This document shows, one piece after another, positions 50,272 to 59,412 of a stretch of DNA of 64,000 nt (positions within the stretch are counted from its first letter, which is position 1; each line of letters opens with the position of its first letter). Made by a program: the position numbers and the translations under genes. The notes beneath the pieces are model-generated. The model ran no database searches and had not been told where the DNA came from. It worked only from the letters and a program-made list of their open reading frames with translations. This stretch comes from an uncultured bacterium (GTDB lineage: Bacteria > Bacteroidota > Ignavibacteria > Kapaibacteriales > UBA2268). Where the stretch lies: assembly GCA_942492935.1 (NCBI GenBank), contig OW818654.1, positions 3,587,918 to 3,651,917 on the forward strand, written 5' to 3'.

Positions 50272-52280
50272 TGATGAAAAAAATAATATATATATCATTT
50301 TTTGTAATTGTATTCAATAGCTTATTGTTGGCAGATTTGAGAGATTCTCTCTTTAATGCAACAGGTGAAAGAAGATTGGAATTATTAAACAATTTGTCAT
50401 CTCAACATACACTTGGTTCGCCACGTGAAGCATTGAACTATGCCACAGAAGCTATTAAACTTGCAACAGATTTAAAAGATACTCTTGCACTTGCAAAAGC
50501 ATATTACAATCTGGGAAATTCATATTTTTTTGCTGGATATTACCCTGAATCAAAAAAATCATTTTTGCAATCTGGAACTTATTATTTATCATCAAATAAC
50601 AAAACAGAATATGCCAATGCTATAGTTGAAGCTGCAAAAAAAGCAACAATTTTAAATCAATTTGAAGAAGCATATAAATTATTTGATGAAGCAATTAAAG
50701 TATTTCAAGAGCAAAAGGAAATTCTTTATAATGTTACCGCATTAATTGAATATAGTAAATCTCTTAGAGCTACTAAAAATTCCAAAGCATTAGAAGTTCT
50801 TGATGAAGCTTTTAAAATTTCTGAAGAAAGAATGAGGGACAAGCAAATTAAGCCATTGATAATTTTTGAAACAGGCAACTATTATTTTGCTTTAGGTGAA
50901 TTTGATTTAGCAATTAAAAAATATTCCGAAGCAAAAGCAATCTATGATAAAATGAAAGATAGACAAAATTCAGCAGAATGTTTGATGAATATTGGTTATG
51001 CTCAAAAAGAACTTGGAAATAATGCAGAAGCCCAACAAAAATTTATACAAGCTCTTCCTATGTATGAAAATCCAAAAGATAGAGAAGGACTTAGATTAGT
51101 ATATGATAATTTATATAGAATTGAATACGAGAATGGGAATTATAAGGAAGCTATCAAATATCTTGAAAAACATACTGAAATACTAAAAGAATATTACAGC
51201 ATGAATGTTTTTAGAGCCGAATCTCAAAAAAAATTAGAAAGGGAATCTAATAACAGAGAAAAATATGAAATGCAAAGTCGTCAGCAAGAACTCGAAAAGC
51301 AAAGAGTACTATTAGAAAAAAAAGCAAAAGAAATGCAGCTTTCTACAGAAAGGTCAAGATTAATATCGTTAGCTGTTCTGTTGATTTTACTTGTTGTAGT
51401 AGCATATTTTCTTTTTAAACAGAATAAAATTAAAAAGAAAATCAATATTATGTTAGAGGAAAAAAATCTTGCATTGACTGAGAAAAACATTGAAATTGAA
51501 AATCAGAAAAAGGCAATTCAAGAAAAGAATAATGAGATTCTGGCAGGTATTCGCTATGCAAGTCAAATACAAAATGCAATTTTACCAAATGATGATGAAG
51601 CAGCCCAACTGTTTAAAGAATACTTTATATTTTTCAAGCCAAAAGATATAGTTTCAGGTGATTTTTATTGGTTTTACCAAACCGAAAAAGACATTTTCAT
51701 TACAGTAGCAGATTGCACAGGTCATGGCGTTCCGGGAGCATTTATGTCTTTAATAGGAACGGTTTTTCAAAATGAAATTGTGATTGAAAAGAAAGAAACA
51801 AATCCAGCAAATATTTTGAAATTACTTAATAATGCAGTTCGTGATGCCTTAAAGCAAGACGAGAATGATGCTAATCAAGATGGGATGGATATAGCCGTGT
51901 TAAGAATATCAAAAAATGACAACAAACTTACTTTTGCTGGAGCAAAAAGACCTCTTTATTACTTTGATAATGATAAATTAATTGAAATCAAAGGTGATAA
52001 ATTTTCTATTGGTGGCGTGCAATTGACAGATGTGAATTTCACTGAAATTGAAATCATGCTTAAAAAAGACATGAAATTCTATCTCACAACTGATGGATTT
52101 GCTGACCAAAATAATTCTCAAAACAAAAAGTATAATACAAAGCAATTAAAATTATTCCTTGAAAAAATTCATAACGAAAAAATGGCAACACAATTGAAAA
52201 TGATTGAAGATGAATTTAATTCATTCAAAGGTGATGAACCACAGAGAGACGATGTAACAATTCTTGGATTCAAGATTTAA
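50271..52280 (+). CDS. Transmembrane sensor PP2C-type Ser/Thr phosphatase (signal peptide + TPR repeats + TM + coiled coil + SpoIIE/PP2C domain)
   Basis: TPR-like repeats (AKAYYNLGNSYF…). TM LISLAVLLILLVVVAYFLF. PP2C motifs ADCTGHGVPGAFMS and TTDGFADQ. Confidence 0.75.
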   Translation: MMKKIIYISFFVIVFNSLLLADLRDSLFNATGERRLELLNNLSSQHTLGSPREALNYATEAIKLATDLKDTLALAKAYYNLGNSYFFAGYYPESKKSFLQSGTYYLSSNNKTEYANAIVEAAKKATILNQFEEAYKLFDEAIKVFQEQKEILYNVTALIEYSKSLRATKNSKALEVLDEAFKISEERMRDKQIKPLIIFETGNYYFALGEFDLAIKKYSEAKAIYDKMKDRQNSAECLMNIGYAQKELGNNAEAQQKFIQALPMYENPKDREGLRLVYDNLYRIEYENGNYKEAIKYLEKHTEILKEYYSMNVFRAESQKKLERESNNREKYEMQSRQQELEKQRVLLEKKAKEMQLSTERSRLISLAVLLILLVVVAYFLFKQNKIKKKINIMLEEKNLALTEKNIEIENQKKAIQEKNNEILAGIRYASQIQNAILPNDDEAAQLFKEYFIFFKPKDIVSGDFYWFYQTEKDIFITVADCTGHGVPGAFMSLIGTVFQNEIVIEKKETNPANILKLLNNAVRDALKQDENDANQDGMDIAVLRISKNDNKLTFAGAKRPLYYFDNDKLIEIKGDKFSIGGVQLTDVNFTEIEIMLKKDMKFYLTTDGFADQNNSQNKKYNTKQLKLFLEKIHNEKMATQLKMIEDEFNSFKGDEPQRDDVTILGFKI

Positions 52281-52290
52281 AGAGGCAAAT

Positions 52291-52824
52291 ATGAAAGCAT
52301 TGGATTTATTTAACGCAACCGATAAAGCAGAAAACATACTTTTCTTTTTTAGAGGTGGATTATCACAAGAAATATTGGTTGAATTTAGTAATTATATGAA
52401 AGCACAATATTTCCACGGTAAAGTTTCTAAGAAAATATTATCTGTTTTTGTAGAATTATGGCAAAATATTATGCACTATTCTTCAGAAAGAGTGTGTTTT
52501 GATGGTAAAGATATTGGCTCGGGAATAATTATTTTCTCTGAAAATGCAAACAAATATATCATAACTTCTGGAAATCAGATACAAAATATTCAAGTTAATA
52601 AATTGCTTAGTAAACTATCCGAATATAAAGGCAAAAGTTCTGAAGAACTAAAAGAAATATATATGAAATTAATAAATCAAGACCCAGAATCAGACAGTAA
52701 AGGAGCAGGACTTGGTTTTATTGATATTGCAAGAAAATGCAATGGTAATTTTGATTTTTCGATTACTGAATTAAATGAAAATTATTCTTTTTTTGAGTTG
52801 AATGTGGAAATTTTAAAAGGGTAA
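52291..52824 (+). CDS. SiaB-like GHKL-type Ser/Thr protein kinase (anti-sigma-factor-like HATPase)
   Basis: N-box-like ELWQNIMHY. G2 box SKGAGLGFIDIARK. About 177 aa. AGAGG RBS upstream of ATG 52291; the track start at 52264 overlaps the upstream gene. Confidence 0.6.
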   Translation: MKALDLFNATDKAENILFFFRGGLSQEILVEFSNYMKAQYFHGKVSKKILSVFVELWQNIMHYSSERVCFDGKDIGSGIIIFSENANKYIITSGNQIQNIQVNKLLSKLSEYKGKSSEELKEIYMKLINQDPESDSKGAGLGFIDIARKCNGNFDFSITELNENYSFFELNVEILKG

Positions 52825-52827
52825 ATT

Positions 52828-53199
52828 ATGAATAATCTTATAGTAAAAGCAAGTAAAACTACTCCTGAAATTAATTTTAATTTTGAAACAGGAATTTTGT
52901 GTATTTCTGGTGAATCATATCCTGAAAATTCAAAAGAATTTTATGCGGAGCCATTTCAATGTATTAATAGAGCCGTTGAGCAAAAAAAAGAACTTAGTTT
53001 TAATTTTAAATTGACTTATTTCAATACAAGTTCATCAAAAATCATTCTTGATATAATTAGATTATTGAATAATTATCATCTAAATGGTGGTAAAGTGATT
53101 TTAAACTGGTTCTATGAAGAAGATGACGAAGATATTTATGACAGCGGTGTTGAATTTACAGATGGTTTAGAATTAAAATGTAACTTTGTTTCCTATTAA
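52828..53199 (+). CDS. DUF1987-family (SiaC-like) partner-switching substrate protein
   Basis: Characteristic DUF1987 pattern: …FNFETGILCISGESYPEN…FKLTYFNTSSSKIILDII…VILNWFYEEDDEDIYDSG…. Confidence 0.7.
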   Translation: MNNLIVKASKTTPEINFNFETGILCISGESYPENSKEFYAEPFQCINRAVEQKKELSFNFKLTYFNTSSSKIILDIIRLLNNYHLNGGKVILNWFYEEDDEDIYDSGVEFTDGLELKCNFVSY

Positions 53200-53211
53200 A
53201 AGAATAAAATT

Positions 53212-54219
53212 ATGTCAGAAAGTATATTTGAAAGAGAAATACAGCTTAGCCAAACTATTAATGATTTTTTAAATAGTTACTCAAATGAAGTTGATGAATA
53301 TAGAAATCAATTGGTAATGCTTGTTGAAGAATACAACGCATTATTATCGCAATCTGAAAAATTAGTAAAAATTGGCGATACAACTCAACGAAAATTACGT
53401 AATGCTAAACAATTACTTGAAGAGCAAAACGAAGAGATTAATGAGAAGAATTTAAAATTGATTCAGTTAAACCAAGAAAATGAGAATTATTTAAAACAAA
53501 TAAATAATGATTTGAATCAAGCGGTTAAATATATTCATTCTTTATTACCGCCATATTTAACAAATGAAAATATTGGAATAAGCTGGAAATTTGTACCATC
53601 ATCATCACTTGGTGGTGATTTATTTGGATATAGATGGTTAGATGATAAGAATATAATGATATTTCTTATTGATGTTTGCGGACATGGAGTTAGGTCTGCA
53701 TTATATTCTGTTTCAGTACGCAATACATTGTATTATATGAATTTACCAAATACAGATTTTTATGAACCCCCGAGTGTATTTGCTGGGTTGAACGAAATGT
53801 ATAAGATGAAAGAGCATAACGATTTATATTTTACTATCTGGTATGGAGTTTACAATGTTAAAAGTAGAGAATTGAATTATTCTACTTCTGGGCATCCCCC
53901 TGCATTTGGAATTATAAATGGTAAAAGATTTGAACTTGCCACAGATAACTTTCTAATCGGTGTATTAAGACAATATCCTTATATTTCAGAAAAAATTATT
54001 GTTGAAAGTGGAACAAGTTTGTATATTTTTTCTGATGGTGCTTATGAAATTCAAAAAGAAGATAATGAAATGTGGACACTTGAAGAAATGCAAAATTATT
54101 TGATTGAATCACAATCAAAAGAAAATACAGAACTAAATATGCTGTACGAATATATTCAGAATCTGCATATAAATAAAAATATTGATGATGACTTTACGAT
54201 TATGAAAATTTCATTTTAG
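53212..54219 (+). CDS. Cytoplasmic PP2C-type Ser/Thr phosphatase (SpoIIE/RsbU-like) with N-terminal coiled coil
   Basis: Motifs IDVCGHGVRSALYS and FSDGAYE. No TM helix. Confidence 0.75.
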   Translation: MSESIFEREIQLSQTINDFLNSYSNEVDEYRNQLVMLVEEYNALLSQSEKLVKIGDTTQRKLRNAKQLLEEQNEEINEKNLKLIQLNQENENYLKQINNDLNQAVKYIHSLLPPYLTNENIGISWKFVPSSSLGGDLFGYRWLDDKNIMIFLIDVCGHGVRSALYSVSVRNTLYYMNLPNTDFYEPPSVFAGLNEMYKMKEHNDLYFTIWYGVYNVKSRELNYSTSGHPPAFGIINGKRFELATDNFLIGVLRQYPYISEKIIVESGTSLYIFSDGAYEIQKEDNEMWTLEEMQNYLIESQSKENTELNMLYEYIQNLHINKNIDDDFTIMKISF

Positions 54220-54425
54220 AGGATTAATTATTACTAACTGTCTGTTGCTCAAGTAATATTGAAATGATATTCCAAGTGGCTAAAATAAATTCTTTGAAAA
54301 ACCCAGCGGGATTTATTTGTAATTATTTGTAGAGAATAGGTCTTTTGATGGGACATGTCGCTACCTATCCCTTCGAGATACCTCAACATGAAACTATCTA
54401 AAATCACCCAATTCCTATTGAAATT

Positions 54426-54956
54426 TTATCTGTTAATCTCTCTTCTTGGCAAATTGATTAGCATTGCAATTATTGAAAAAACTCCAGTGTATGCACTTGT
54501 AGCAAGTCCGTAACGAATAAAAAAATCAAAATAATTTAAATCACTTAAACGAATATAAAAGAAATAATATATTAAATTATGCAAAATTGAAGAGAAAAGT
54601 GTAATTAAAACAAAAAAGAAACTTCCCAATCTTTCAGATTCATAACCTTCTTTATAAAAATATCCTACAAAAAAAGCAGTAATGGTTTTGGCAAGAGCAT
54701 TTGTACCAATGACATCTAAAGTAAATATATCGAATAACAAACCAATTCCAAATCCAAAAAATAAACCAGCAAATCTACCTTCAGCAAGAGTGATCCATAC
54801 AACAAGAATGATAAGTAAATCAGGTGTAATTCCTCGTACTTCAATTAAATTTACAACTGAAATTTGCAGTAAAGTAAGCATAATTGCAATCAAAGAAAAA
54901 ATCGAATATTTCTGTACTAAGTTTTTATTTTTAATTGGGTCAAATAATAATCTCAT
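54426..54956 (-). CDS. mreD: Rod shape-determining protein MreD
   Basis: 176 aa polytopic membrane protein directly downstream of mreC (2-nt gap). Confidence 0.55.
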   Translation of the reverse strand: MRLLFDPIKNKNLVQKYSIFSLIAIMLTLLQISVVNLIEVRGITPDLLIILVVWITLAEGRFAGLFFGFGIGLLFDIFTLDVIGTNALAKTITAFFVGYFYKEGYESERLGSFFFVLITLFSSILHNLIYYFFYIRLSDLNYFDFFIRYGLATSAYTGVFSIIAMLINLPRREINR

Positions 54957-54957
54957 T

Positions 54958-55812
54958 TTATTTCTCGCTTCTTTTGGATTTTAACTTCTTTTCAATTTCA
55001 TCTATCAGTCGCTGTCTTTCTGGGTCTGCAATTTGTTTGATAATAAAAATCTGTTCTAATGATTGAAAATTCACATACGGTTGAACTAAAATTTTTAAAA
55101 ATAGTGACGATTTATCATTTTCTACTTTTGCAATTTTACCAAAGGGAATATTTGGAGGGTATTTGTTACTAAAATTAGATGTAACTACTTCATCACCAAC
55201 TAACACATCAAAGGAACCTGGAATATTATTTAATGTAAACAATTCATCACCGTTCCAACTCAAAATTCCATCAATATTTGTTCTTGTAATTTTACCCGAA
55301 ATCTTGACATTCCTATTTGCAATTAATTCAATTAATGAATAATTCTCAGTTGAAGCAATTACAGTACCAACAATACCAGCATCTGTTCTTGCTGTCATAC
55401 CTTTATAAATGCCATCATTTTTACCAGTATTAACGGTAATGTAATTTCTCATTTCGACTGTATTTCTACCAACTATTTCACATGAAATCAATTCTGTTTC
55501 TGAAATACTTTTAAAATTTAACATTCTTTTAAGTCGTTCATTTTCAATGATTGATTGTCTCATTCTTGTAACTTCAGTAGATAATTGCAAATTCAGTTCA
55601 CGTAAAGCTCTATTTTCACTCTGAATTGCAGCTGGATTTGGAATCCAAGAAAAAGCCCCTTGCAAATGCCCCATTGTTCCAATTAGAATTGTTCTAAATC
55701 CACCAATTTGTGAAACTGAACCAACAGAAATTAAAGACATACAAATAATTACCAAGGCAATGAATGCTATGTACTCTTTAAATTTAACTATGAAATTAAT
55801 AAAAATCTGCAT
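54958..55812 (-). CDS. mreC: Rod shape-determining protein MreC
   Basis: N-terminal TM, then a coiled coil, then the MreC beta-domain motifs (…GIVGTVIAS…, …VVTSNFSNKYPPNIPFGKIAKV…). No mreB is adjacent. Confidence 0.75.
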   Translation of the reverse strand: MQIFINFIVKFKEYIAFIALVIICMSLISVGSVSQIGGFRTILIGTMGHLQGAFSWIPNPAAIQSENRALRELNLQLSTEVTRMRQSIIENERLKRMLNFKSISETELISCEIVGRNTVEMRNYITVNTGKNDGIYKGMTARTDAGIVGTVIASTENYSLIELIANRNVKISGKITRTNIDGILSWNGDELFTLNNIPGSFDVLVGDEVVTSNFSNKYPPNIPFGKIAKVENDKSSLFLKILVQPYVNFQSLEQIFIIKQIADPERQRLIDEIEKKLKSKRSEK

Positions 55813-55971
55813 TATATATTTATTATTAAAATTTTCAAAATTATTAAACTCAAAAATACGAAATTATTGAAAAATAAAATTAAGTTATGCTAATTTTTTG
55901 AATTTTCATTAATTTAGTTTAATTTTGAGTTTATTTTTTATACAAATTAAAATATTTGGAGAGTTAATATA

Positions 55972-57156
55972 ATGCATGATTTAAAAAAAATGGGTATGGA
56001 TACTATTTGTATTCATGCTGGACACAAAGAAAACCCAGAAGGAGCTGTTGTTACTCCTATATATCAAACATCAACATTTAAATTTAAAGATTCTGACCAT
56101 GGAGCAAGATTATTCAAAGGTGAAGAAGAAGGTTATATTTATACAAGAATGAGAAATCCAACTGTTGAAGCAATGGAAGACGCTGTTGCTGCATTAGAAG
56201 GTGGTTATAAGGCACTTGGCTGTGCCAGTGGAATGGCAGCTGTTCATACTTTATTTGCTTCATTATTAAAAAGTGGCGACCACGTAGTTTGTTGTAATGC
56301 TGCTTATGGACCAACCATTGTAATTTTAAATACTTTCTTTGCAAAATATGGCGTAGAAACTACTTTTGTTGATACATCTGATTTAGAAGCAGTTTCTCAT
56401 GCAATGAAAGATAATACTAAGTTAATATTTGTAGAAACTCCTGGCAATCCTACCCTTGTAATTTCTGATATTGCAGAAATTTGCAAAATCGCACAAAAAT
56501 ATAATGCAAAAGTAGCTGTGGATAATACATTTATGAGCCCAATTTATCAAAGACCTTTTGAATTAGGAGCAGATTATGTTATGCATAGCATGACAAAATT
56601 CTTAAATGGTCATGCAGATGTTGTTGCCGGAATAATAATTGCAAAGAATGAAGCAGATTATTTATTATTCAGAAAAACTCTCAATATGCTTGGTGGAGTG
56701 ATTGACCCATTTAATTCTTTCCTTGTTCATAGAGGATTACGCACTTTAGCTATGAGAGTAAAACTTCAAACAGAAAATGCGATTAAAATTGCTGATTTTC
56801 TTGAAAATCATCCTAAAGTAGAAAGAGTATTTTTCCCTGGATTACCTTCTCATCCTCAATATGAAATTGCCAAAAAACAAATGACTGGTTTTGGTTCGAT
56901 GATTGCAATTGAATTAAAAGGTGGTTTTGATGCAGGTAAAAAATTGATGGATAATATTGAACTCTTTGCACTTGCAGTAAGTCTTGGCGGAGTAGAATCT
57001 CTAATTCAGCATCCTGCTTCCATGACACACGCTGGTATGGGTAGAGAAGCTCGTCTTGAAGGAAATATCACTGATGGATTGGTACGTATCGCAGTTGGTT
57101 GCGAAAATGTAGAAGATTTGTTAGATGCAATGAAACATGGATTAGATTTGATTTAA
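55972..57156 (+). CDS. Cys/Met-metabolism PLP-dependent enzyme, methionine gamma-lyase / O-acetylhomoserine sulfhydrylase-like
   Basis: 394 aa. PLP lysine in SMTKFLNGHADVVAGI. N-terminal …TPIYQTSTF…. Confidence 0.7.
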   Translation: MHDLKKMGMDTICIHAGHKENPEGAVVTPIYQTSTFKFKDSDHGARLFKGEEEGYIYTRMRNPTVEAMEDAVAALEGGYKALGCASGMAAVHTLFASLLKSGDHVVCCNAAYGPTIVILNTFFAKYGVETTFVDTSDLEAVSHAMKDNTKLIFVETPGNPTLVISDIAEICKIAQKYNAKVAVDNTFMSPIYQRPFELGADYVMHSMTKFLNGHADVVAGIIIAKNEADYLLFRKTLNMLGGVIDPFNSFLVHRGLRTLAMRVKLQTENAIKIADFLENHPKVERVFFPGLPSHPQYEIAKKQMTGFGSMIAIELKGGFDAGKKLMDNIELFALAVSLGGVESLIQHPASMTHAGMGREARLEGNITDGLVRIAVGCENVEDLLDAMKHGLDLI

Positions 57157-57852
57157 GTATTTTAGAAATAACTTAAATTTTAAATTAATTATTTTCATTT
57201 TTTTGAAGGAAAAGAATGTCTTTGTAACTGGTTTATAAAAATCAGTTGTGTGGATATTCTTTTTTTTATGCTGTATTATTCTAAAAGCATTTGCACATTG
57301 AATAAGTATTTTACAAAATTGCTATAAAGAATAAAATAATCATCTTCCCAAATTACCCAATATTACATTTTCAGAATTAATGTTTTAAGAATTTATGAGT
57401 TGTTATTTTTTTGTAACGACTAAGCCCTTTTATAATTTTAAATATGTTATGTTTTTTGAATGCGAATAAAGTACAATTGGAACAAGTTGAAAATAATTAT
57501 AAAAATGAAATTCCTTGAAAATCCCGTTAGGGATTACCTGTTTGTAATAAAAATACACAACTTGAGATTTCCCCTCTAAAAAGAGGGGAGCAAGGGGTGT
57601 GTATTGATGGATGCGGGTTTTGGGCGAAATTGCAACCATAATTCAACACCTACGGCGTTGCAGTTGGTCATGGGAGATTCATCAGTTACAAACATTAATT
57701 CCCTATGGGAATTTCAAGGAATTTTTTACAAAAAACAACAGAAATTCGATATTATTCAAATGTGGCTAAGTTGTTATTTTTTTAAAATGTTGAAAAATAA
57801 TTAAAATTTTTTTTTATTTATAACAAATCTTTCCGTAAATTGCATTTGTGAA

Positions 57853-57877
57853 GTGGGTAAAAGTGGGAAATTTTCCC
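57853..57877 (+). promoter_or_regulatory. Candidate MraZ operator: two direct GTGGG repeats with 10-bp periodicity (57853, 57863) plus adjacent palindrome GGGAAA-T-TTTCCC. A TTGACA -35-like hexamer lies at 57900
   Basis: Seen in sequence ~80 bp upstream of mraZ. MraZ is known to bind GTGG(G) direct repeats at its own promoter. Confidence 0.35.
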
Positions 57878-57941
57878 TAAATTTTGCAAACTTTGTTCAT
57901 TGACAAGAAATTTTAGAAATTTTTAGTATATTTAATCAGAA

Positions 57942-58385
57942 ATGACATTCTTTCAAGGCGAAGAAACATACTCTATAGATAATAAAGGTAGAGTAAATAT
58001 TCCGGCTAAAATGAGAAAGGCAATTTCTCCTGAAGCCAATGATACCTTTGTATTAACAAGGGGTTTGGAAGATTGTGTTGTTGCTTATCCTATGGATGAA
58101 TGGAAAAAATATATGGAAAAGTTTCAACAATTAAATCACTACAACGACAGTAACCGATTCTTTTTAAGAACTTTACTTCGTTGGAATGAAGAAGTTACTC
58201 TTGATGCACAGCAAAGAATTAATATTTCAAAAAAATTAATTGATTTTGCAGGTATTGATGGAAAAGTAAGAATTGTTGGATTAGTTGACCATATTGAATT
58301 TTGGAATCCTGAAAAATATGATAATTACTTAGATAGTCATATTGAGAAATATGAAGAAGTAGCAGCAAAAGTAATGTCAAACTGA
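57942..58385 (+). CDS. mraZ: Transcriptional regulator MraZ
   Basis: Tandem MraZ/SpoVT-AbrB domains. N-terminus MTFFQGEETYSIDNKGRVNIPAKMRK. Confidence 0.85.
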   Translation: MTFFQGEETYSIDNKGRVNIPAKMRKAISPEANDTFVLTRGLEDCVVAYPMDEWKKYMEKFQQLNHYNDSNRFFLRTLLRWNEEVTLDAQQRINISKKLIDFAGIDGKVRIVGLVDHIEFWNPEKYDNYLDSHIEKYEEVAAKVMSN

Positions 58386-58387
58386 TT

Positions 58388-59359
58388 ATGAAAAAAAAGA
58401 GTAAAAATAGACAACACTTTCGTAGAAAAACGGATAAAGACAAGATAGCAGAATATGACTATCATTTACCAGTTTTACTGAACGAATGTATTGAAAATTT
58501 GATTACTAAAAGTAGTGGCACCTATATAGACGGAACACTCGGAGGTGGGGGGCATGCAGTTCGGGTTCTTGAAAGCTTGACAGAGGGGGGAATTCTGCTG
58601 GCGTTCGATAAAGACCCAAATGCTATTGAGCATTGCGAGAGGAAGTATCATTCTTATATGATAAATACCGCATCCGTACAACTTCGTTTATATAATGACT
58701 GCTATAGCAAGGCTCCCGTAATTGCTGAACAATTTGGGAAAATTAACGGTCTTCTGCTTGACTTGGGCGTTTCCTCAAGGCAATTGGATTCCGAATCGAG
58801 GGGGTTAAGTTATCGGGTGGAATCACCACTTGATATGCGATTCGGCACAAAAGGTAGTTCGGCAGAAGACCTGTTGAATTCAGCAAATGCGGATGAGCTG
58901 GAGATGATTCTTCGCAATTACGGCGAAGAACCACGTTCAAAGTTGATTGTGCGGCGAATAATTGAACGTCGCCGCCTCTCTCCTTTAAAAACTACTTTCG
59001 ACTTGAAAGAAATTGTCGAATCTTGCGTACCGTTCAATTTACAATTCAAAACTCTTTCTCGTGTTTTTCAAGCAATTAGAATCTACATAAATGATGAACT
59101 CAATGTTTTAGAAAAAACAATTGAAGCAATTATTCCAAAATTAGAAATTGGCGGAAGAATTGTAATAATGTCATATCATTCATTAGAAGATAGGATAGTA
59201 AAAACTTCATTTAAGAAATTCTCAATGAAAAATGATGATGAAATCCCACCAACTCTCAAAATTCTTACCAAAAGACCTATTTATCCATCTGAAGAGGAAA
59301 TAGAAATCAATCCAAGAGCAAGAAGTGCCAAATTAAGAATATCAGAAAAATTAATTTAA
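58388..59359 (+). CDS. rsmH: 16S rRNA (cytosine1402-N4)-methyltransferase RsmH
   Basis: Motifs DGTLGGGGHA, FDKDPNAI, LLDLGVSSRQLD and LDMRF. Unusual 27-aa basic N-terminal extension. Confidence 0.85.
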   Translation: MKKKSKNRQHFRRKTDKDKIAEYDYHLPVLLNECIENLITKSSGTYIDGTLGGGGHAVRVLESLTEGGILLAFDKDPNAIEHCERKYHSYMINTASVQLRLYNDCYSKAPVIAEQFGKINGLLLDLGVSSRQLDSESRGLSYRVESPLDMRFGTKGSSAEDLLNSANADELEMILRNYGEEPRSKLIVRRIIERRRLSPLKTTFDLKEIVESCVPFNLQFKTLSRVFQAIRIYINDELNVLEKTIEAIIPKLEIGGRIVIMSYHSLEDRIVKTSFKKFSMKNDDEIPPTLKILTKRPIYPSEEEIEINPRARSAKLRISEKLI

Positions 59360-59412
59360 AACAACAAAATTTTCGTAATTTTGTATTTTAACAATTAAGC
59401 TATTTAAAATAA

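Noticed and set aside
57430-57804. Two overlapping 66-69-aa ORFs in the metC-like/mraZ spacer
   Set aside because: They coincide with a GC-rich hairpin-dense segment and have no RBS or homology signal. This is more plausibly structured RNA or regulatory DNA (reported as a finding).
58475-58940. Minus-strand ORFs (65-68 aa) inside rsmH
   Set aside because: Artefact of the local GC spike within a confidently identified RsmH CDS.
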